A DNA stretch of 64,000 bases from Fistulifera solaris (lineage: Eukaryota), in NCBI GenBank assembly GCA_030295235.1, contig AP026128.1, positions 620,001 through 684,000 on the forward strand, read 5' to 3'. Position numbers and translations under genes: made by a program. Below are positions 51,173 through 61,870 of this stretch, one piece after another (position 1 is the first letter of the stretch; each line of letters opens with the position of its first letter). Below the pieces are notes generated by a model. The model ran no database searches. It was given only the letters and a program-made list of their open reading frames with translations, and was not told the DNA's origin.

Positions 51173-51718
51173 GTTAATGTTGTAAAAGAGCAACAGTAGG
51201 AACGGAAGGGCAACTATGACAATAAGGAATGCAGCGTTCTGATCATCTTGTCGGCAGTCGGAGCGGAACAAACGCACAACGCGAACGATTGTGCGGTTAT
51301 TGTGCGTGACCTAAGTAGAACTAATGATGGATGGAAGGCCTTTAAGTAATTAGTACCACATCCAATGGCGCGTACTCTACTGTAAAGTTGAATGTAGTCA
51401 GTTAACGTCTCTCCTAACGGGAGAGCTATCGGAAGAGGTTCACCCTGGTTGGAGACCTAACGGAAGTCTCCCATTTCATGGTTTTCTACGTGCTTTTACG
51501 TGACGGCAAAGAGTATAGATCTAAAGAGTACTTAGAAACTCATTTGACCCGAATGGTACGTCAAACTTCTACGAAGCCGCCTGGCTTCCGTACGTGCAAG
51601 CTTCCTCCGCACACGGAAAAAGAAAAACAAAACTCTTATTTTTCCGAACCAATGATGACTTTACAACGCTCAGTGTTAAACACAAGTCCACCAGAGCGAA
51701 CACTGCAAATGAGCAATA

Positions 51719-54700
51719 ATGTATCCAACAGGCTGCTGCGCAAGGTACCCTTCACGCGGTTTCTTGGTGCGACGAACACGAGCTGCGTTGCGCTTATCTA
51801 CGTCGTCGTCTCCGGAATCGTTCGTTCGAATTGGAAATGTGCAAGTCCAGCGCGGGCCGAAAACATCGCACGTCAACTATCTCAAACATGTGCAGAAATT
51901 CCCTTCGTCTCTGTCTCATTTTTCGGTGGATGCTGCAGAAGGATCTTTTGCAGCAAGATTTTTGTCTCGTCGGCGGAGATGCGTGGTGGCGTCGTCAACT
52001 CGTCATGGCGTACGCTGAATTGATACAACGACCCATACAGGTGGTCTCCATTACGTCGGATTTGACAGAATCCGATTTAAAGCAACGACGTGAGCTTGCG
52101 AAAGCACCGAACGGTCGTGTGGAATTGAATTTTAGGAATGCACCTCCTGTTCAGGCCGCGATCGAAGGTCATCTGCTGTTGCTGGATGGTTTAGAACGAG
52201 CTTCTCGGAATGTTTTGCCGACTCTGAACAACTTACCGGAACACCGGAGTATGAATTTAGAAGATGGACGATTGTTAGTGTCGCCAGACCGGTACAAGGA
52301 GCTATCACATGCTAATGATATGCTCATTCCGGTGCATCCCGAATTTCGCGTCATTGCGACCACCGAAGTTGCTTCTTCCGCTTCCTTAGACCCTCCCCTT
52401 CGCTCCCGGTTTCAAATGAGACGTGTGGATACCACCACGGACGATATTTTGGCAAATTATGGTGACAGTAAGTGGCTTTCTACCCTCGTGTTAGCATTGC
52501 AAGGGTCCGCGCCCTTTCCGCTAAATCAGTTCCCAGTGACCGAAGCATTACTGCACGACTATCCATCCGAAGATCCTTATTCTATTTTCGTTCGCTCGTA
52601 TCCTATCGTAAAGAAGCTGGATGATAAGAAAACAGCTGCTTTTGAAGTTGCATGGCAACAAGTCTCTGGAACACATATGACGGATCAGTTGTCATCATAT
52701 TCGGTCACCTCTGTCCAACGGACTAGTGACGAAATGGCATCTGTGATACTCGCAGACAATGACTCTTTGGTGCAGATCGAAAGAGCGGTGCCTTGCGGTT
52801 CAAAGGAGCTTCAATCGATACCGACTTCATCGTTTTACCAGACAGCAGGCTTACGATCATTGTTTGCGCAAATGGTACAATCGCATGGAAGCAGCCGTGA
52901 TTTACTTTTGGTCAGTCCCCCAGGACAGGGTAAAACAGCGCTCGCGCTCTTCTTTAGTCAAAAACTTGGCTACGATGTGTACTGGATGCATTTACATGCC
53001 GAGCAAACCGATTTGTTTCTTCGTCGTGCCACTGTGCGAGGCGAGACTACATGGGAATCGACACCGTTGTTGCAGGCTGTCAAGACGGGTGGATTAGTTC
53101 TTTTAGATGGATTGGAAAAGTTGCGACCCGATGTGCTGGCTTCGTTGCAGAGCTTATGTACAGAGAGAGACTTTTTTCTCGCCGATGGAAGGCGGATCTT
53201 ACCGAGTGACAAAGATCCGGGTGGTATAGACAAAACGCAAATCATACGCGTTCACCCCAGCTTTCGGATTATCGCACTCGCGACGCACAAGGATTATAAC
53301 TCATTTACATGGCTTTCGGAGAACCTGGCGAGCATGTTTCACACCTTTTTTCTGCCAAATCCTACGGATGATTGTCTTCGAGCAATTTTAAACTCGGCTG
53401 TTCCTCGACGATCCCCAGAACTACTGGAATACTTGGTTAAACTTCGAAATGTTGTATCTGCATCAGTTGCTCGAGAATGCGGTGTGGAACCGCTTTCGGT
53501 GCGGAAACTGATCCAAATACTTCGTCGCGCAAAGGACCTTTCAGATCTTTTGTCCGTTGTCAACCAAGTCCTCGTCGCTGATTTACTGCCACCAACACAG
53601 CGCGCCACATTGGATACAGTTTTGAGTCATCGGGTAAAGCTGCCGACTACTGGAGAAAAGATTTCATCACGGAGTGAACAGATTTTTACGAATACTGATA
53701 GTGTTACTATTGGGACATTCACCATGGAACGAAATCGCGCGGTTTCGCAGCCAGAAATGGTGCCACAACCGCGTTTCTTTGACATTCCAAGCCACGTTTC
53801 AACGATCAAGGATCTCTTGGTTGATTGGTCCGATGGAGAAAGGGCCTTTTTGCTACTTGGGTCGCAAGGAGTAGGGAAGAATATGCTTGTAGACCGCCTT
53901 TGTGAAATCGCAAACTGGGAGCGCGAATACATCCAGTTGCATAGAGATAGCACTATTGGTCAGATTACTTTACAGCCGTCAGTGGAGTCGGGACAAATTG
54001 TTTGGCATGATTCACCGCTGGTCAGGGCAGTTATTTATGGGAGGTCACTCGTTGTTGACGAAGCTGACAAAGCACCAATCGAAGTGCTCGCGGTTTTGAA
54101 GAGCCTTGTCGAGGATGGAGAATTGTTACTTGGTGATGGACGGCGAATAAGCCGCTCTATAAAGGCCGGTGATGCTGACACAATACCTATTCATCCCAAC
54201 TTCACTATATGGGTGCTTGCAAATCGACCGGGCTTTCCTTTCATGGGCAACGCCTTTTTCAAACTTATTGGGGATTGCTTCTCGACGCGAGTCGTCGCAA
54301 ACCCTGATTTGACCTCTGAAATGAAGCTTCTTGAATATTACGGACCACGAATCAATCGAGAAGCAATCACGTCTCTCGCTTCTTGCTTTTGCTGAGTTGC
54401 GCTCGATGTCAGACCAGCAAATCCTTTCGTATCCTTACTCGGCTCGCGAAGCTGTTGCAATTGTGAAGCATCTTAATCAGTTCCCGGAAGATAGCGTAGC
54501 TACAGCCGTGCACAATGTTCTTGATTTCGACTCGTTTGACGATGCCACTTATAAAAATCTGATGGGTGTTTTCGCGCAACATGGCATCACTATGGACAAT
54601 TATGGCGGCACGTGGAAAGAGAGTTCTTCGGGCTACAAGGACCTAGCGATTGAATTTACGAATCGTGACGAGGAAGGGATCAGCTCTCAGCCTCCTGAAC

Positions 54701-55767
54701 TAAGTTCGCCTAAAGTCGGCAAATGGGATGACGACAACGAGGCTCACGTAGGTGGAAACCAATGGGCAGGTGGTACAGGGGGTAGTGATACAGCTGGTTT
54801 GGGCGGTAGAGGCGGTCCGTATAGATTAGATCGAGGGCACAAGGTTCACCAAGTCAGTGACGAGGCAAAAGCGCAGGTGAGCAAAGAAGCTGCCCAAGCG
54901 GCCCGCTTGATGGCCCAGCGAGAGTTGGAACAGAAATTACGAGAGATCAACATGAATGGTGATGAGTGGGGTATGTACCAGCAGTTTGTGACTCCCATCA
55001 AAAACGATATAGTAATTTTGAGAGCTATTTTGAACAAGGCAGAACTGACACAACCCGAAAAAGGTTGGATACGGAAACAAAGCCATGGCGAGATCGACGA
55101 GACGAGACTGGTGGATGGCGTGACTGGAGACAAGTACATTTACAAAAGGCGTGGTTACCTACAGGAATCTGGCCCGACTCCTAAGCCCAAACGTTTGCGG
55201 TTTGTTGTTGATGTTTCAGGTTCCATGTATCGTTTCAATGGGTACGATTCTCGTTTAGTGCGATGCCTTGAGGCAACAAATTTGATTATGGAAGCTTTTG
55301 ATGGGATGGAATCTCGATTCGATTACAGTATCGTCGGTCATTCCGGTGACTCTGCATGCATTCCGCTTGTAAATAGCGGTGATCCTCCGTCAAATGAAAA
55401 ACAACGAATGAGAATACTTCAAACGATGATTGCGCATTCACAGTACTGTCAAGCCGGAGACAACACGTTGCAAGCAATGGAGCAGGCCATTGCATTTGTT
55501 TCTTCTCAAAACAGCGACGACGATTCAGAGTCACTAGTGATCGGTATTTCCGATGCCAACTTGGAGCGCTATGGTATTCACCCACGTCAACTCGGAAAAG
55601 TCATGGAGACTAACGACAAGACGCGAGCGCATTGCATATTTATTGCCAGCTTTGGGAGAGAGGCGGAAGACATAAAAAATGAACTTCCAATCGGCCGGGG
55701 ACATGTGTGCATGCAAACGAGCGATCTTCCACGCATAGTAAAGAGTGTCCTTTTGGATGAACTATAA
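51719..55767 (+). CDS. VWA8: von Willebrand factor A domain-containing protein 8 (AAA+ domains + VWA), mitochondrial-type
   Basis: RWMLQKDLL, TESDLKQRRE, PPGQGKT, LLGSQGVGKN, YIQLHRDST, HVGGNQWAGGTGGSDTAGLGGRGGPYRLD, VVDVSGSMYRFNG. T-run frameshifts near 51920 and 54388. Confidence 0.93.
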
Positions 55768-55832
55768 ACTTTCATATTTCATTTGAATGTAAAAAGACTA
55801 GTTGATTTGATTAGTGGTAACCATCATAAAAT

Positions 55833-58333
55833 TTAGTGTTTTCCCGTGCAGAGCTTGTAAACACCTTCGACGAGGTCGCTGCCGCGCTTGACGACGGCTT
55901 TTTCCATGCTACTGGCGTAAGGGACTGGCGCATCGTCCATGCATAGTCGAAGAACCGGGGCATCGAGCAAGTCAAAGAGCTCTTCCGAGATGCGGGCCGA
56001 AATAGTGGCACCAACACCTCCACTCTTGGTCGATTCGTCCAAAATGGCGAGTTTGTTCGTGCGCTTTAGTGAGGAAGCAATGGTCTCCATATCTAGAGGC
56101 TTAAGCGATCGGAGTTCAATTAGATCAATGTCAAAGCCTTCTGCTTTAATCTCGTCAATGACTAGTTGGCATTCCTTAACACCGTGCAAATAGGTCAAAA
56201 CAGTGACTGCTTTTTTGCTCTTGACACTGGCTTCGGAAGCACTGTGAAGAATAGCAGCCTTGTTGAGAGGCATGCACTTATCAAGATCGACAGTTCCCTT
56301 GACTTCCTTCATCATTTTGACAGGAGCGAACAAGAAGCATGGACCATTGTCGCGAATCATGGACTTGGTGAGGCCGTAGGCAGCTTCGGGACTGGCCGCC
56401 GTTCCGATCTTCAATCCAGGAATACCCATTACGTAAGCATGGAAGGGCTGACTGTGCTCGGCACCCAAGGCTTGGTTCGGGGCGGTACCTCCAGCACCGA
56501 TGATGGTCATGGGCATGTCGAACTGTCCTCCCGTTGTGGCGTAAGTGTTACCAGCCGAAGAAATCTCCGCCATACCGTAGATGCCAAAGTTCGTGTTCAT
56601 CAACTCCACAATGGGGCGATATCCGTTCAGAGCTTCGCCGAGGGCCTTTCCAATAAAGTGTCCTTCATCAATAATTTCGTCGGCCGCGCGGATTTGTCCG
56701 TACGTTTGCTGGGTCAATTTGGGAATATCATACGACGATCCGGCTTGAAGATCCTCAGCATGAATGGTGCAAGTAGGATCACGCAGCATTTCTTCGTGAA
56801 TGGCCAAGTTAATCGCATCACCAATACTGATTTCACCAGCACGAGCCTTCGTGCGGAGGCTTTCAATGTGCGCCGTGATGGTGTCCATTTGCTCTTTCGA
56901 AATCGTGCGGGCATTGACTTCATCGGCCCAGGCCGGTGCAGCACGAGAGTTGTAATCAAACTCGGGAGCATCCGGATATTCCAATTCCTTCGCAAGCTCG
57001 ACAGGAGGCATGGGAGAGTTATCGGCGAATTCTACAGCTTTCTTGACGTCCGCCAATACTTGCTTCTTGGCTTCTTTCAACTCTTCTTCGGTAAACACGG
57101 ACCCGGTGTACGTATCTTCAAAGATCTTGATGGGATCCTGCTCAAGTCGGGCCCACGCCTTTTCTTCCTTACGACCACGTTCGTGCTCCGGATCTGCCGG
57201 CGAGTGTCCATTGAAGCGATAGGTGTGTACTTGAAGAATGGCGGGTCCTTTGCCCGCACGAATGTGATCAATGACGGCCTTGCCACTCTTGGCGACATCG
57301 ACGGCGTTGCGTCCATCCACGAGCAATCCGGGGACGCCGTAGTGTTTTCCCTGCTTGTAGACATCCGAGTTCATGGCGACGTCGGGAGTGAATGTGTTAA
57401 TGGCACGACCATTGTCAATGACAATAATCAGCAGAGGCAAGTTGTCCTTGGCCGCGGCGTTGAGAATTTCGGCCATGCGCCCATTCTGCGAGCCACCTTC
57501 ACCAATAAAGACGACGGCAATGCGGTCATCATCGGCTGGAGGAGGCACATTTTGCTTGCGGATAATGACTTCGGGATCGTCACTCAATCCCATGGCCCGA
57601 TCGAGCAAGATGGCTTTGGCGGCGCCGGCCGCGTAGGGCAATTGCTCCGACACCAACGCCCAACCTCCTTGCATGTAGAACTCTTTATCGAAGATGTGCA
57701 TGGATCCACCCGCACCGCGGCACGAACCCGTGTCTTTCATCATGAGTTCGGCCATGACTTTACCGGGATCGCACCCACTGGCGAGCGCGTGGGTGTGCTC
57801 ACGGTAGTAACTGAATTTGCGATCTTCCTTCTTGATGGCGAAATCGACCAATCCCGGAATCGATTCTTGACCATTGTCCAAATGCATGAAACCACGAATC
57901 TTTCCTTGCATGTACTGTTGATTGCAGGCATTTTCAAAGCCACGAGCCAACATCATGGCCTTGTAGAGCTGGAGGAGTGACGCCTTGTCCATGCTGTTTT
58001 CGTAGGCGGCGACTTGTTCGGCGGAATATCCGAACGCATCTTGCAATTGTGTTGCAATATCGGTCCACGGCATATCAATGGGAGGACGCATGACAGATGA
58101 TTCGGTCGAAGCTCCGTTCTATCAAGAGAGTGTGAGAAAAGAATATTTTTGTCAGACCCGAACGAGAAAGACTGACTTACCGCGACGACATTTTCGACCG
58201 TTGTGGACATGGAGAGAGACGCGACCGGAGATCGGTAGCTCACATGCTTGTTTCCGATGCTGGGTCTGTGAAAAAGAAGAGGACTGGTTGAGAACAGGAG
58301 AAGAATAACGGTACTTGTACGGTAGGTCGTCAT
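55833..58333 (-). CDS. Plastid-type pyruvate dehydrogenase E1 alpha-beta fusion protein
   Basis: E1alpha: GKIRGFMHLDNGQE, GGSMH, GEG...DN TPP motif, TYRFNGHSPADP. E1beta: IDEGHFIG, AEHSQ, DLIELRSLKPLD. Both in one 752-aa ORF. Exon 1 (58333-58181) encodes signal/transit peptide; intron 58119-58180. Confidence 0.92.
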
Positions 58334-58805
58334 TCCTCATTTGTTCGTTCCGAGCAACTTACGTGAAAGCATGAGAAACGGAAGCTAGGCACAAAGCCCC
58401 AATTGCGGCACAAGAGAATTTCATTGTTTTTTTAATAGAAGGATAACAAGAGATCTGCAAACACCTGAAGAAGAAAATGTCTCTTTACAGATCGACGACG
58501 ACGTGTTGGTTGTGATGGACGTCGAGAAAAACAAACAAAGCGAGGAGGATGATTTCGACAAAAGAGCTACGCCACCCCAAAACCTGTAGATACTACTCTT
58601 CAAATAATAGTCAGTCCCCTTGTATGATCCAAAAAGTTAACTTACGCAGTAATAGTATACCGGTACGACTACATAGCCCCATACTACAAGAGACCGTTAG
58701 TGCGCATACGTCGACAAAATCTCCGCCCGTTCGAGGTGCGTACGACGTAATCAGTGACGTTGTCACGACAGAACCCATCGACGACGCAGTGGGACTGGAC
58801 TACTA

Positions 58806-59217
58806 CGATCCAAAAGCTTTTCAAAGGAAGTCAAGATGTTGCGTTTCAAATGAAAACCGTAATATACCTTGACACCCATAGACTCTCAAAATTGAGTAAA
58901 CATTTTTGAACTATCTTCATGGCCCTCCTTGTCGCCGTTCTATTCGTTGTCCGTCATTGGAGCGTGACTGAAATTCAGTCGCGGTCTCCTCGAACCAACA
59001 CATTGATCCTATAGTGATAATAACAGTCAACGATCCGGAAGCTTTTCAAAGACGTAAATTGAGACGTTGCGTTTTGAATGAAAACCGTAATATACCTTGA
59101 CACCCATAGACTCTCAAAATTGAGTAAACATTTTTGAACTATCTTTATGGCCCAGCTTGTCGCCGTTCTATTCGTTTTCCGCATTTGGAGCGTGACTGAA
59201 ACTCAGTCGTGGTCTCC
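58806..59217. repeat. Tandem duplication, period about 228 bp
   Basis: TGAAAACCGTAATATACCTTGACACCCATAGACTCTCAAAATTGAGTAAACATTTTTGAACTATCTT identical at about 58851 and 59079. Confidence 0.93.
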
Positions 59218-59626
59218 GTAATGAGTAATGAGTAATGAACCAACACGTAATTTTTCTATAGGGACGATTGCGCGAAGTGTATTATAGAGTGATGAAAGCA
59301 GAATGAAATTCAGGAATTCAATAAAACGAAACAAAAGCATAAGGGGATACAAGTCGAGAGACGCGCAGATCAAAAGGTGTCGTCCAGTTGTTTAGTAACT
59401 GCAAAGATAGCCGCGCACAGAGATGTAACCTTGTCCGTGTCCCTGGCTGCTTGATTCCTTTATTTGCGCCGCACTTACAGCTGATAAGCTAGTCTAATAG
59501 TGTCAGCTTCTCGCCTTCAGCGTCATCTCTCGCCGATATGCCGACGGATGATCTTTCACTTTTGTCCGTGATAAGCAAGTTAATGAGAGGCTTACACACG
59601 ATTGTAAACATAGCAACATCCCAACT

Positions 59627-60286
59627 CTATGCGTCATCCTTGACCGATTTCTTTTGGCGTTTCGAGGAGGGGGAACCAAGTTCCAGATCTTCGACGGCCT
59701 GTTCGTTTTCTTGTTCTTCGCATTCGTTGCACATGGCATCTTCCAACAGTCGTAATCGAGCACGATGTCCCAATTTGTTTGTTTCGGGCCAAAATGGCAA
59801 AGCGAGTAATACTTCAAACACATCCAAAGCGGAATCCGCCAATGGCAATATAGCTCTCCGGATTCCTTCCGCAACATCATCCTTGCAGTCGACCCGTTCC
59901 TCTAGTTGATCTTCGGAATGCAAAATGTTGGCTTCCAACAAAACTGGCTTACTGGACAAGAGCTTGCAAATATAGTCATCTTTGTGCAATCGGTCTTTGA
60001 GTTTGGATTCTTTGGATACTTGTGCCGCAGCATGGCAGATCCATTCTAACGTCGTTTCAGTCCACTCGCAATGACTTTCCAGATGAATTGTCACAGAATT
60101 GCGGGTCAATGAAAGACATCCGGAGCGATTTGATCCTTCCGTTGATTCCGCTGGTTCCCAGTGAAGTGACCATTCCTTCAATTGTTGTTCGATTGAACGA
60201 CCGGGTTTGCTTTCTTCGATATAACGACGCAACGCCGTTTCGAACGCGGCGGTTTCTACTGAATCAATGCAAGGTGAATCCGCCAT
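59627..60286 (-). CDS. Hypothetical protein (~219 aa)
   Basis: ATG at 60286 within ORF 59627-60403; globular-looking sequence with a basic C-terminal NLS-like tail. Confidence 0.7.
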   Translation of the reverse strand: MADSPCIDSVETAAFETALRRYIEESKPGRSIEQQLKEWSLHWEPAESTEGSNRSGCLSLTRNSVTIHLESHCEWTETTLEWICHAAAQVSKESKLKDRLHKDDYICKLLSSKPVLLEANILHSEDQLEERVDCKDDVAEGIRRAILPLADSALDVFEVLLALPFWPETNKLGHRARLRLLEDAMCNECEEQENEQAVEDLELGSPSSKRQKKSVKDDA

Positions 60287-60713
60287 TCGTGCCGAAAAGT
60301 CAAGTTGTGGAAGAGAATTGAAGTTACCTGATATTGTTTGCCTTGCAGGATGCTGATCGATGCGAAGAAACGAAAACAAAAGTGAACCACACAAAAAAAT
60401 CAATCCATGTTCGTGACTAAAAGTCAGTCGGGCAAAAAGTCATTTACACTTAGAGTCTATAGTAACCTTGAAGTCAAACGACTAATGATAGAAGCCAATC
60501 TGCGGTCTGAAGTGCTAACCAAAACAAGAAGCACATTGCCATTGCTGATCAAAATTGATAGAATTGGTTGAATAGTGAACGTAATTTTGCGAGTAAAACG
60601 AAAAAAACAAAGAAATCCCCAAAATGCAGTTGGAGAAACACTATCTGAAAGGTACAATAAGCAACTATCGTGCCCCATGTCCATTGTAGAGGACCAATGT
60701 TGACTCATCATTA

Positions 60714-61369
60714 TTATTTCTTAGCTCGATGTTTAACCATGACTCGCTTGCCAAGGGTCATGCTTTCGTTATTTATTTCCTCCTCGCATGATACATAATC
60801 CAGTTGCCCAACTTCATGAAAACCCCCATTCGGAACAAATGATCTAGCGTTGACATTCAGTTTCCCACTCTCATCGGCTTTATTCACCTCATAGCACTGA
60901 GTTGGGGTAGCAAACGATACCGATGGAACAAACATTGGTGCCGAAGGATTCGGAGCAAACGCGACCGGAGGCGCCGGCTTCCAAGAGGACACAGATGGCG
61001 CGACATAGTAATCTTGCTCTACTACATCCTGTGGATGCTTGAAAAGACATCCTTTTGTTTTGCACTCTGACCCAAAACGACACGGAATTCTCTGGTAGTG
61101 AGAAATGAGGTCATCACATTCGGCTTGCGATCGCGGGTGACGCTTGCGACAAGTAGCTGCTTCGAACGAGCAAATGCCTGCTAGATACGCCATGCATGGC
61201 TCCGTGCTTTTGGTTGTTGTGACGCTTTGTCGGATTTGTCATGCTGGTAAATACAATCGGGCCGCGTACAGCCGGCTCCGTAGAAACATTTCTCCGATAC
61301 TTTGACTCCCTTCTTCGCTTGTAAAAACACGCCGCGGTTGTTATTTACGTAGTTCTTCCCACGTGGCAT
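60714..61369 (-). CDS. Triple CCCH zinc-finger protein with PAM2 motifs
   Basis: CFYGAGCTRPDCIYQH, CMAYLAGICSFEAATCRKRH, CRFGSECKTKGCLFKH; FAPNPSAPMFVP and KLNVNARSFVP. Frameshift near 61205. Confidence 0.8.
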
Positions 61370-61870
61370 TCGTAAAATATTGATCTAAAGATATGTAATG
61401 TAATATCTTTGCAACAACTACAAGTACTTTCTTTGTTCTTTTCACATTTTCCTTGCTTTTTCGTCGCCCACCATTCGCTTGCATCGTCGAGCTATTTCCC
61501 TCCAACCGGACGACGGAAGCACCGGGTCATAAAAAACAAAGAAACCTCCCCCCGAGACAACATAATAGCGGACAGTCGAAAACGTTTTCTTTTCCAGACT
61601 GGCAGCAACAGTGGACGGGAAACCGGATGCTTTCGATAATACAAAAGAGTACTGGAAAGACAAAAGCGAGCGAAAAGCATTGCAAGGTGAACGAGAGGAA
61701 ATTGAAAGCGACACAAGCCCATATAAAAAAGCAGTCCCCTTCTATATAGTTGCCAAAGGAAGCTAGAGTCCGCCGGACTGATCCACAATAGAAATACAAC
61801 CGAGCGTGTGATCTATCACACCTTCTCGCAGTCATCTTCGAAAGCCACAGCACAAAGTCGAGCCATTGCG

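Larger units (their letters stand above)
45614..51472 (-). mobile_element. Mutator-like element (MULE), 5859 bp
   Basis: Identical 130-bp TIRs (45614-45743 and 51343-51472); 9-bp TSD ATTTCATGG at 45605-45613 and 51473-51481. Confidence 0.97.
43658..51556 (+). mobile_element. Tc1/mariner (DD39D) DNA transposon, internally deleted (~2.0 kb net), containing a nested MULE
   Basis: 30-bp TIRs: CCATTCGGGTCAAATGAGTTTCTGAGTACT (43658-43687) and its reverse complement at 51527-51556 (1 mismatch). TA TSD at 43656-43657 and 51557-51558. Confidence 0.93.

Noticed and set aside
56166..57980. 604-aa plus-strand ORF
   Set aside because: Antisense shadow of the codon-biased PDH gene; no recognisable domain.
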